In this document: one piece after another, positions 22,460-31,966 of the stretch
Layout: each line of letters starts with the position of its first letter
How positions within the stretch are numbered: position 1 is the first letter of the stretch
DNA from: Trichodelitschia bisporula
Taxonomy: Eukaryota
Assembly: GCA_010356995.1 (NCBI GenBank)
Contig: ML996687.1
Location: 1,117,803 to 1,181,802 of the forward strand
Length of the DNA stretch: 64,000 nucleotides
Direction: 5' to 3'
Notes under the pieces: model-generated
Database searches by the model: none
Told to the model about the DNA's origin: nothing
Seen by the model: only the letters and a program-made list of their open reading frames with translations
Program-made: the position numbers and the translations under genes

Positions 22460-22670
22460 TCGAGACCTGCGGGACTCACGAGAGAATAGGCCGGATTACC
22501 GAGTTCTTGAGCTTGGTATGGCTTTCGGCCATTTCGGTTTTGGGTGACACAGCATTCAACGTGTGTACACGGGTCTGAGTAGCTGAAAGTCTAGCTAATG
22601 TCACATCCAGATGCTTTTCGCCTGCGTGGCTTTCGACGATAGCTCGAGGCAAGCCACCGCTGATGACCCG
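22460..22670 (+). mobile_element. Decayed Tc1-like transposase remnant containing a probable spliceosomal intron (22561-22610)
   Basis: Translates with stops and frameshifts to SRENR..VLELGMAFGHFGFG*HSIQ|HAFRLRGFRR/IARGKPPL. No DDE domain or TIRs seen. Confidence 0.6.
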
Positions 22671-23319
22671 GAGTTACCGGACTCAAGCTCCTCAGCGCGG
22701 TCAGAATGCAGCCGACTGCTTTTGATCCTTCTGCCTGGTCTCTATGTCTCGTCGGTCCAAAGAATCTGGTCCAATTGATCTGATGTTCAGGATATCAGAT
22801 CCGTGGGATCAGATCCTTTGAACAGACGAAACATAGAGACCCGGGCAGAAGAATCGAAAGCAGTGAATCGCAATTTAGCCGCGCAAAGGGCTTGAGTTGG
22901 GTAATGTCCAGCGATCCCCTCCACAAGCTGAGCACCAGTTATCATCAAAGTCGCAACCACGCAGTCAAGCGACAAACTAGCTTCAATATCTTTTTCTGAA
23001 GATGGAGCTACTGCTCGGTCAGCATCAAGATTCACGTTATCGCCACATTGGATGGGCCTTAGAGGGTATGAGTGCCACCAGTACTCTATCTTCAGCTTCA
23101 CAAGGGGATATGGAATCACCAGACTCTTCGTCACTGTGCTCTCGTTTTCACACGTACACAATGCATACAAAAGCCATTGAGCACTGCCTTTACCATAGCA
23201 TGACCAGTCTTCCCTCGACTACAACAGTATCTACAGCCTCAATCCACGAACGCAAAATGCGAGATAAACCCACAGCTTCAGCATCCAAACACTGATCACC
23301 TTCCCAACCAATATACAAC

Positions 23320-23547
23320 ATGCATCCTCCGAGCACCACCTTCATCTACCAGTGCCGGGACCATGAGCTCAGCAACTGCTGGGGCTGGGTCTCGGAAAAG
23401 GAAGGCTTGTGCTTCAAGTGCCTTGCCTTGAAGGCCATAATCGATGGATCCCAAGAGGGATCGGGCACTAAAGGAGAGTTTGAGAAACAACAGTCTGCGA
23501 CCCGGGGCGCTACACGGGACTGCGTAGTTCAGGAGCCTAAGCCGTGA
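23320..23547 (+). CDS. Small Cys-rich protein, C-x7-C-x10-C-x2-C (paralog B)
   Basis: YQCRDHELSNCWGWVSEKEGLCFKCL; aacATG context; shares the motif with ORF 23886. Confidence 0.6.
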   Translation: MHPPSTTFIYQCRDHELSNCWGWVSEKEGLCFKCLALKAIIDGSQEGSGTKGEFEKQQSATRGATRDCVVQEPKP

Positions 23548-23885
23548 AGAGAAAACGGGAACTCAAAGATGCATCGCTCTTGAGTGGGAGTGACAAGAAG
23601 GGCCGATATGACTCGGTAGATAAATGAAACCTCTTGATGAGACAATTTCGATAAGTGTGGTCCCGATATTCTCGTCCCTATAGCTTCCTTCGTTAGCTTC
23701 CTTGGTGAATCCTCCGATCACAGTTTACAGCTGATGTGTGAAGTGACCAGCAAGTGAATGAACCCTGCAGAGTATATTAACCCCCACGAACCCAGCCTTC
23801 TCTGCATCATCTCTCAGCCTTACAAACCCCTGTCGATTCCTCGGACGTCTTCAATAAACCTCAGCGCTATTCCTATTTTGCAAAA

Positions 23886-24251
23886 ATGCGCCGCATCAAC
23901 TCCAACACCGAATACCACGTCTGGCAACAGTGCCCTAACTTCTGGACCGAGAAATGTCACGGCTGGGTGTCTCAGGAACACGCGCTTTGCAATCAATGCC
24001 TTGAAGCTCGGGCTGCCGTGCAGAACGACCTTCTGAAGCTCTTCGACCATGAAAGCTGGCGCCGTCCCGAGGCTGGTAAGTCGAAAGCTGCTGAACGAGA
24101 TGAGACTGAGAACAGGGAAGCTAAGGAAGCGGCGGACGGAGAGAAGGCTTTGAATGAGCTTCTGGATATATTCGAGCGTGAAGGCCGGAGTGCCGATGAG
24201 GGTGGTGATTCAAAAGCTCCGGACTGGCATGATCCTAAGAGCGACAAATGA
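23886..24251 (+). CDS. Small Cys-rich protein, C-x7-C-x10-C-x2-C, with charged tail (paralog A)
   Basis: WQQCPNFWTEKCHGWVSQEHALCNQCL; aaaATG context; TATA-like tatattaa near 23773. Confidence 0.7.
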   Translation: MRRINSNTEYHVWQQCPNFWTEKCHGWVSQEHALCNQCLEARAAVQNDLLKLFDHESWRRPEAGKSKAAERDETENREAKEAADGEKALNELLDIFEREGRSADEGGDSKAPDWHDPKSDK

Positions 24252-25214
24252 AGGAAGGCTTGAATTAAGAGAGTGGGATAAGGATGGAAATTCTAGAGTG
24301 TAACTGTACAATATCGGTGTGAATACAAATCTAGAAGCAGATGAAGTTGAAATGGAAAGGCATAGACAGAATAGAGACACTCCACTCCCAAAGATAAGAG
24401 CCCACGCCCATGATGACGGCGTCTGAGCCTGCAACCTCGCCGACCTCCTCACAGTTGGCTTCTCACTCGGAGCCTTCACCTGTGTCTTGTCACTCGGAGC
24501 CTTCGCCCGTGGCTTCTCAATCCGACCCCTCGCCCCTGCCTTGTCACTCCGAGCCTGCGTCCCTGCCTTGCCGCTCCGAGCCTTCGCCTGTGGCTCCTTG
24601 CTCCGAGCCTTCTTCCCCCATGGCTCCTCAATCTCATCCTTCGCTGACGTGGACTTATCGTTCTCCACCCCCTCACCCTCTCCCTTACGCTTCTTACGCT
24701 CTTCCTCCCTTTGCTTAAGATACGCCGCCATCTCCTTGCCAGTCCAGTACCCCTCCCTTGGCGGCAACACATCATCCGCCTCACTCTCCACCAGCGTCGA
24801 CTCATCCATCTCCACCCCCTCCTCCAATTCCTCCTTGCCCTTCGCAAGCATCACCTCCTGTTTCCGGTCGATATACGCCGCGATTTCATGATACCTCTTC
24901 ATCTTATCCCTCTGCTCCACCTCCCTCGCCTCCCGCTCCCCATTCGCCATATGCAGCCTCTCAAACTCATCCCACGGTCCAGGCTCATCCTCATCATGAT
25001 CCCTCCTCGTCGAAATAACGCGTATCCCCCGATGGCTCAGGTCGCCAGCCTCGCGGTACTGGCGCGCCCATCGATGACCCGTTGCTTTGGGAATTTCGCA
25101 CTCGGTGGCAGCGGCGACGATGGACATGCCTTCGTCGAGGCAGTCCATGAAGTCGACGCGCTGGGTTGCGCTGTAGCAGCCCTTGGGCATTGGGTAGTGG
25201 ATCATATTGTCCAT
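24210..25214 (-). CDS. Orphan protein with an N-terminal transposase-like HTH, charged middle and 9-aa (27-bp) repeats
   Basis: YSATQRVDFMDCLDEGMSIVAAATECEIPKATGHRWARQY. Repeats KARSKEPQA/KARSGKAGT/QARSDKAGA/KAPSDKTQV/KAPSEKPTV. aaaATG context. Confidence 0.65.
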   Translation of the reverse strand: MDNMIHYPMPKGCYSATQRVDFMDCLDEGMSIVAAATECEIPKATGHRWARQYREAGDLSHRGIRVISTRRDHDEDEPGPWDEFERLHMANGEREAREVEQRDKMKRYHEIAAYIDRKQEVMLAKGKEELEEGVEMDESTLVESEADDVLPPREGYWTGKEMAAYLKQREEERKKRKGEGEGVENDKSTSAKDEIEEPWGKKARSKEPQAKARSGKAGTQARSDKAGARGRIEKPRAKAPSDKTQVKAPSEKPTVRRSARLQAQTPSSWAWALIFGSGVSLFCLCLSISTSSASRFVFTPILYSYTLEFPSLSHSLNSSLPSFVALRIMPVRSF

Positions 25215-25563
25215 TTTGACTGCAAAAGAGTTGGAGGAGTGTTAACAGGTTATTTGTGATTTGTGATTTGCGATTTGTGGGTTGAAGTTGGATGGGAAGG
25301 GCGCAACGTCATGTTAGTAAATCCTTTCACCTTCCCTTATACTCGCCATCGCGTGTATCTCAGACGCGAATCAACGCGTCACATGTCCGTACAAAAGAAA
25401 AGAGGTAAACATTGCTCATGCTTTTTCTGACGTCAATTGGAGGCGATCACCACTTCATGAAGCCAGAAGACTCCAAACCAAAACTGCAATTTAGGTTGGC
25501 CCTCCTAGGATACGAATTCCCCCGCCCGTCCAGCAATTTCTCACCTCACCACCACCCCGCATA

Positions 25564-28500
25564 TCAAAGTGCCCGCTGACCCCACTCCCCCTCCGCCCCA
25601 TAAAAGCTCGTCTCCCCAATTTCACTCCTCCTCATCCCCTCCACATACTCCTCCCTCCCACCAGGAACATAGCTCTTCATGCCACCATCCTCGCTCATAT
25701 CTCCCGCAAAGCTCTCAGCATACAGCCAGTCCCAGTCGCAAATCTCCCCATCCCGCGATACGCTCAGCTCCTTGGGCAGCCCATGTCTCCGCCCATTATT
25801 CACTTGCCATACCTTCGCCTTGCCATCCCGCCCAAACCCCCAGATCGCCAGGCCTGCTGTCTGGCTTACCGCCAGGTCGACTACCCCGTCTTGGTCGCCC
25901 ACGATCGATCCCTCCAGGTATATTGGCCACCACTTACCCTGCGGCGCCGGCCCACCACCCAGACCTACTGAAGGCGGACACCGCATCTCACGCGGCCACC
26001 ACTCGAGCCACTCATGATTAGAAGCCCGCCGATGTGCTGCACCAGGTTCCTCAGCTGCAGCCACTTCGCGCGTCCCTGGTAAGTTGTGCCTCGACGTGCG
26101 CTGGAGCTCGTGCAAGGATGCAAGATACGCATCTGCGGGGATGGAGTACAAAACAATCAGATCGCCGTAGACTGCAACGATCTTTGGGCCCTGGGCGAGA
26201 TCCGTGCCCACGGCGTAGATACGCGGGAACACGTTCTGCTGCGGGGGGAGCATGACGAATTTGCGCAAGAGCCTCCGCCGGTCCTCAGCGCGCGGCGAGT
26301 CGCCTCCCAAACAGAGATACCCGCTCGGCGGGTCGACGTACAGGATGTGGTATCCATCTGACAGCGGGACAGCGCGGTAATGATCCGCCGTGTTGAAGTG
26401 ATCGTAGTTGCGGCTGATAAGTTCGAGGGTGTCGACGTACGGATGGGGGGTGCTGCGGGCGGAGTAGAGGCGGTTCGAGAGATCGGAGCGCTGCGAGTGG
26501 TGCGCGGCGGAGCTGATGACGCGTAGTTTCTTGGGCGAGTCGATATTAGCCCGCGGCGGGAGGAAGTACAGGAAGTCGCTTGGCCCTGTTAGTGGAAACC
26601 ACCGGTTCATGTGCTGCCGTGACTGTGCGTCGATCCAGTGCAGCTCAACGCCGGCGAAGCACCCGTAGGCCACGCACTGCCGCTGCGGGCAGATGGCGAC
26701 GCTGCGCGGCGGGTCGTCGTCCGAGCACAGGTGCCGGTATATACTGCGTGGACCGTCTTCAATGGGAATGCCGCGCGAGTTTTCATCGAAGAAGCGGTGC
26801 GGCTGCGACGAGCGGACGCGCCGGACGCCACGAAATGGGGCCTTGTTGACTCGGAATTTGCCCAGTGCTGTCAGAGCGTTGCTGTCTATGGAGTGCGAGT
26901 CGGCGTCGTCGCGGTTCTCTTGCAAGGAGGAGCTAGCTGCAGACATCGCGCTGACTTCTTCCGTGGCCACGCTGCTGTGGGACCGGGGTGTCTTGACTTT
27001 GGGAGGCGAGACTATGGCGCGCTCTTCGCCGATTGTTAGGTCGCAGACTAAACCCATTCGACCATCAAGGAGAGCAGCGACGGCATACCGTCGGCAGCTA
27101 ACGTCCATGCTCATGGCCAGGACGCGGCGTGGACACACTACGCTCGTCAGGGGAAACAAATCGTTCCCCGTCAGCTCGTAGACGTATATCATACCACCTT
27201 CGGCGACCATGACGAAATCTCCACAGCTGCTGGCAGTGAGGATCAAGCCGCCCTCCTCCTTCGCCTCAGGGCCGCCATACCCGCTCGCCAGCTCGCTGAA
27301 ATCGACCCGCAGCGTTTGAGCCATAGAAGGGACGTTGAAGCAATCCTCAATACCATTTCCCGTCCATGACGAGCTCAGCGTACATTCCAGACTGAGGCGG
27401 CAGCTGAAGAACCAAGCGTTGGTTTCCATCAAAGCGCGCTCGGCTTTCCGGACTGCGCGCTGGGAATCACCGTTTCGGTCCAACATCCGCAAGGCCAGGT
27501 CATAGACGGCGCCACTGTACCATCCGCCGCGGGTAAGCATCTTGATCAGGAGCTTGTTATCGAGGCTGGCGCGGAACCAAAAGGTGCATGTGCGGCGTGC
27601 GGCATTAAAGTATTTTGGGGCTAGGTAGTCGTAGACCAAGTGTAGAATCTCGGTGGGCATACGCATGCTCAGTGGATATATCGGTGAGGGGAAGTCAGTT
27701 GTGTTGACATCAAATAGCTGGCAGACCTCGCAGAGTGCCCTGTACGTCCGGGGATCGAGGTAGGATGCAATTCTCCCCATCACCGGCTCGGGCAGCCTCT
27801 TGAGATATGATTCCATAGGGGGGAAGTATCCGGAGTGCATCCGACTGCCACCCCATTTGAGAGGATGGGGCGCCACGACATCGGAGCTGCTGAAATGCAA
27901 TTGACGCTGTCCAATCCAATTATCCGACTGCGCGCGCGAAGGAAGACTTCGTGGGGTGGAGACCTGTCGTGAAATGTTTTCCATCGACGCCGAAATATTT
28001 GTGGGAGTAACTGCTTCCGACGACGCATTAGCAAGGCTGCTGACCTGGCTCACACAACTGTGCATGCTCAGGGATGTTTGAGAGGCAAAGACGGATGGCA
28101 GTGTAGAGGGGGTAGCATCCTCGAACCCCGGGCTGCTGAAGAGGAACACCCCCCGAGCGACGACATCCATGCTGTATGACGAGCTCTGCCTAATAGGCGC
28201 CATACGGCCGCGGGTAACAAAGCTGGCCGTCGGGCTGCTGGAATGGATGATGACAAAGCTGTGATGTAGACTGGACGTACTCCGCTGTTGGGATCTTCCC
28301 GGCCCGACATCCGAGAGCCGTGTCTGCCTGCTCGGAGAGCGGACATGCAGCGAGTTTCGGACTGAAGAAAAGACCCTGTGGAGTCGAGCGGAATGGTAAC
28401 GGGGTAGGTAATATGATGACCGCGTCTCATCTCGGCGAAGATAACTGCGGATGCGCTCTGACCGGCGGCGGCGAAGATCTGTCGGACTGCTTTGTTCTGC

Positions 28501-28641
28501 AGATGCACCGTAGCCAGAGTCGGAAGAGTGTTGTGAATAGCTGAGCTCGTGAGGCTGCATGGCATTTTGAGCGCCCAGGTCAACGTCTCCGGGAGAGTCA
28601 CCAGGCATTAAGGCTGGAGTTGACTGGAGCGTGTGACTCAT
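25564..28641 (-). CDS. F-box domain protein with a C-terminal beta-propeller-like region
   Basis: Two F-box-like motifs (LKRLPEPVMGRIASYLD; MRMPTEILHLVYDYL) and conserved-looking blocks CPRRVLAMSMD and DDPPRSVAICPQRQCVAYGC. Start codon uncertain. Confidence 0.85.
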   Translation of the reverse strand: MSHTLQSTPALMPGDSPGDVDLGAQNAMQPHELSYSQHSSDSGYGASAEQSSPTDLRRRRSERIRSYLRRDETRSSYYLPRYHSARLHRVFSSVRNSLHVRSPSRQTRLSDVGPGRSQQRSTSSLHHSFVIIHSSSPTASFVTRGRMAPIRQSSSYSMDVVARGVFLFSSPGFEDATPSTLPSVFASQTSLSMHSCVSQVSSLANASSEAVTPTNISASMENISRQVSTPRSLPSRAQSDNWIGQRQLHFSSSDVVAPHPLKWGGSRMHSGYFPPMESYLKRLPEPVMGRIASYLDPRTYRALCEVCQLFDVNTTDFPSPIYPLSMRMPTEILHLVYDYLAPKYFNAARRTCTFWFRASLDNKLLIKMLTRGGWYSGAVYDLALRMLDRNGDSQRAVRKAERALMETNAWFFSCRLSLECTLSSSWTGNGIEDCFNVPSMAQTLRVDFSELASGYGGPEAKEEGGLILTASSCGDFVMVAEGGMIYVYELTGNDLFPLTSVVCPRRVLAMSMDVSCRRYAVAALLDGRMGLVCDLTIGEERAIVSPPKVKTPRSHSSVATEEVSAMSAASSSLQENRDDADSHSIDSNALTALGKFRVNKAPFRGVRRVRSSQPHRFFDENSRGIPIEDGPRSIYRHLCSDDDPPRSVAICPQRQCVAYGCFAGVELHWIDAQSRQHMNRWFPLTGPSDFLYFLPPRANIDSPKKLRVISSAAHHSQRSDLSNRLYSARSTPHPYVDTLELISRNYDHFNTADHYRAVPLSDGYHILYVDPPSGYLCLGGDSPRAEDRRRLLRKFVMLPPQQNVFPRIYAVGTDLAQGPKIVAVYGDLIVLYSIPADAYLASLHELQRTSRHNLPGTREVAAAEEPGAAHRRASNHEWLEWWPREMRCPPSVGLGGGPAPQGKWWPIYLEGSIVGDQDGVVDLAVSQTAGLAIWGFGRDGKAKVWQVNNGRRHGLPKELSVSRDGEICDWDWLYAESFAGDMSEDGGMKSYVPGGREEYVEGMRRSEIGETSFYGAEGEWGQRAL

Positions 28642-29073
28642 GTCGGAACGGTTGTTCAAGAGGGAGCTAGAACTTGTAGAGCTGCGTTCAGTGCTGTCCT
28701 GTCCATCTGTCGAAACCGCTGAAGCCTTGTTGGCAGAGGGTACGCCGAGCGGATGAGTGCTGGCCGGAGCGACCTCCCGCGATAGGAGGATTGAGGAAGA
28801 CGTGTTTACGATTGAGCCAGAAGGCTAGGGAAAAGTGATGAAGGGGCTGTGAGCTAGTTGTGGATGGCAGTAAGGGGTAATGGATGCATAGAGATGATTT
28901 GTGCGGTCGTTAGGAAGACATGAAGGCAAGGAGGCAATGGGAAAACAGGGCGACAGTACGGAGGAGCTCTGGGTCGGGCTTACAACAGCAAGTGGCAGTA
29001 GCGAACCAACGTGCGGTGGAGTAACATGGGGCCAAAACGCACTTGCCTTCAATTATTGATAACCGCTGCCTCA

Positions 29074-31763
29074 CTAAACCTGGGATTCTCCATCACTCAA
29101 CTCGCTGGGGTATCTGTTTCCATCTCTCGCCGTCTTATCTGCAAGCCACACGTTCTCAAGACTAATCATGTAAGTAGATACATATATGACAAGGGAGAAA
29201 CTTACGGGGCGACCAAGCTGGGATTAACAAAATAGAGACCGGAGTCGCGCACCTCATCTCCACTGCCGGAGCTCCTGTTACTCCGCGTCTCTGCAGCAAG
29301 TCTGATCGACTGGCCTTGATCATCCGCATGCTCCGCCTTGCGGATGCTTCTCAGAGCGATGAAAGTCATCAAGGGCTTGTAGCTGCTGCTGTACATGTAT
29401 CCGTACCACACAGTGACTACAATCAGTGGTATGATACCCAATGATCGCTTGACGGCGGATCGAAGAGCCAACTGGCCGGCCATAGAAATCTGAAAGATAA
29501 CCAAGCCGATGATGATACGATCGCAGACCATAATCCAGCTTTTACCGGTGGAGTGATGACTGTGATCCATGGCGTAGAGAAGCTGGTACTTGTAGACAAA
29601 ATATCCAATAATGAAGTAGGCAAGACCGGGAAGCAGGACTTGCCAGGAGGATCGGAGGACGCTGTACACGATGCAGATAAGAAAGATGAGGATATTCTGG
29701 GGCAAGGCGAAACCATAGCTGAACGCGGGTGGCTGCACAACGTCGGCATAATCGCGCGGTGTCTTGGCCCCGAACAGCGAGAACGGGTATAGGAAGACGC
29801 TTCCAAATTCCAGGAGGCGGAAAGGGAACAGGCCCAGTCCCTGAAGGATGATGTAGTTGACGTAGAAATTCCTCAGATCCTGGATGGACAAGGCGAGCTT
29901 ATTAGCCGTCTCTCTGGGAGATTCATTGCCAAAGTCGCTTGGTGCCAGGGCCACTGTCCCCAAAGCGGTGAACACGAGGAAAAAGTTGAAGAACACGAAG
30001 AAGAAGTTTTTCGAAATCACAGAGAGTTCGACATCGCCTTGCGAGATCATCCCTTGCTGGTTGGCAAGCCCTATCGCGCTCAGTATCCACTCGTTCGCAA
30101 AGCTGCGCACTTACAGTCATAAAAGTACGGCACTAAGACGTTCAGCAAAGACGCGACAAGGGTCGGCAGCTGCGTCTGGACTAGGGACTTGATAATGGGG
30201 TGCAGGTCCAACACATGCGCCAGACTTGGCCAGAACGTGTGGATACGGTCAAGGTCGATCAGCCCGGCAATAGGGACAAGCACCACCGACCAGAAGACGG
30301 TCAAGAGGCAGATGAGTGCTGTGATGGCCCATTTTCTAAGCATGCGCTGTGAGCGAGGTAGATAGGTGTTGGGCCACACCACATCTACTGGAGCCGGGCT
30401 AGTGCTCGCCAGTAGCTGCAGGGGCTGCGAATCCAACACTGCCTGGACCGCCATTTGCTGACAGACTCAGCTGAGCTCATCAACCTTGGGAGCCGAACTT
30501 ACACAACTGGCAACACTGTCCATCGTAACAAAGGCAAGTTCAGACGGCTTGAATTCCTTCTGCCGCAGCGCCTTGATCTTTTCGTCCATCCGGCGCAGCT
30601 TCTCCTCGTAATAGTCGATGGCGTCCACATTCTTGTACCGGAGCTTCCAAGGACCATACCATATGCGAGTAGTAGGCCGGGGCTGAGAATACGGGACAAC
30701 ATGGCTCCCGTTTCCACCAGAAAGAAGATGACTCTGCTCGTCGTCCCCGCTATGCAGCGTGGGGCTCGGCGGGGCTGGCTGCACTATTGGGAGGGTCTCG
30801 CGACTTCGCTCAATCCGACGAGGGCCTAAGAACACAGTCCATGCCTCCTCGAGTTTCCGCAAGAAGCTCATTCGCAAAGCCATAGCATCATCCAGCTCTT
30901 TCCAATTCCGACAAATAGTGACACTTTCCACCTTGCCAATTTCGAGATCCTCGACAAACTTTTTGATCTTGTCCTCGGACCGGAGCTCGTGTGGAATCCC
31001 AGACAGGCGAATGGTCTTATCCGTCACTGTACACTGGCTTCCCAGAAACTCCTGCCGAATGTCGATGATCCTCCTTGACTCAGTCGTCGTCATGTACAGT
31101 GCGAGACCGGTAAAGAAGTAGGCGAAGGCAAGATACATCCAGAGATAGTCGGCCTCATAGCTGGGGGTCGGAAACGGGTCCTCGATGTCCAAGAACGTAG
31201 GCCGCTTCGAAGGATCAATTTGTGAAAGAAAAAGAGTGTCTCCTTTAGTCTTGTTTTGATGCTTGGGTGCCTTCTCCGGAAAGCTGTCATGGACGGGTTT
31301 TATCACAATAAGCGCAAAGAAGAGCGTCACAGCAAGGAACTTGATGGCCATTTTGAAGAATGCCAGAAACTGAACGAGTCAGCATAATCCTCTAGAGTTA
31401 TCGCAGATCCCCCATGTACCACAAAGGCATCTAAGCCGGCCGAAGCGAGCACTTGCTCCTCCGTAATGTGCCATAACGCTGGTATCCATCCTAGGAGTGA
31501 GTTCGGGAGGTCTGGGAGGTTGGCTGCGCCGCTGTTCTGTCGCTTCCTCGCTGCGTAAAGGCTAGGCCATCTTGTCCGAAGAATCTGTCGATATGGTAAG
31601 CAGCTTGGTCTCGCGTGCAGAAAGGAGGTCATACACAGAACGCGACAAACGCGCCCAGACCAAGTGCTCCAGAGATGGCGATCTGGACGATAGTGTCCTT
31701 CGGGTCGCCGACTATTCGCTTCCGATAGCCGTCGTCCTGGAGTGTCCGGAACTCGAAAGCCAT
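29074..31763 (-). CDS. CSC1/OSCA/TMEM63 family (DUF221, RSN1-like) mechanosensitive Ca2+-permeable channel, multi-exon
   Basis: Motifs SAGLDAFV, TIRLSGIP, VDAIDYY, AFVTMDS, AP.P.DVVWPN, KNFFFVFFN, AKTPRD, YKYQLLY. Several short introns. Confidence 0.93.
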
Positions 31764-31966
31764 GGTGGATGGCGCTGAGAACTTGTCGTTATTGTGCGAG
31801 AAGCGTTGCTGCCAGCGGAAAGCCCCAAGCCAACTCGGGCTAAACACCCCGGGAGGTTACCTCATCGCCAAGACTCTGTCAAGTGACGCCACGGCGCATC
31901 GATCTGCGGCCGGGTCGCCTTGTCCAAACGTGCATGCACAGACATCAACGCCTCCACCCTCTTTCA

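Noticed and set aside
22787..23170. 127-aa minus-strand ORF in the island
   Set aside because: Non-ATG start and no motif I can support.
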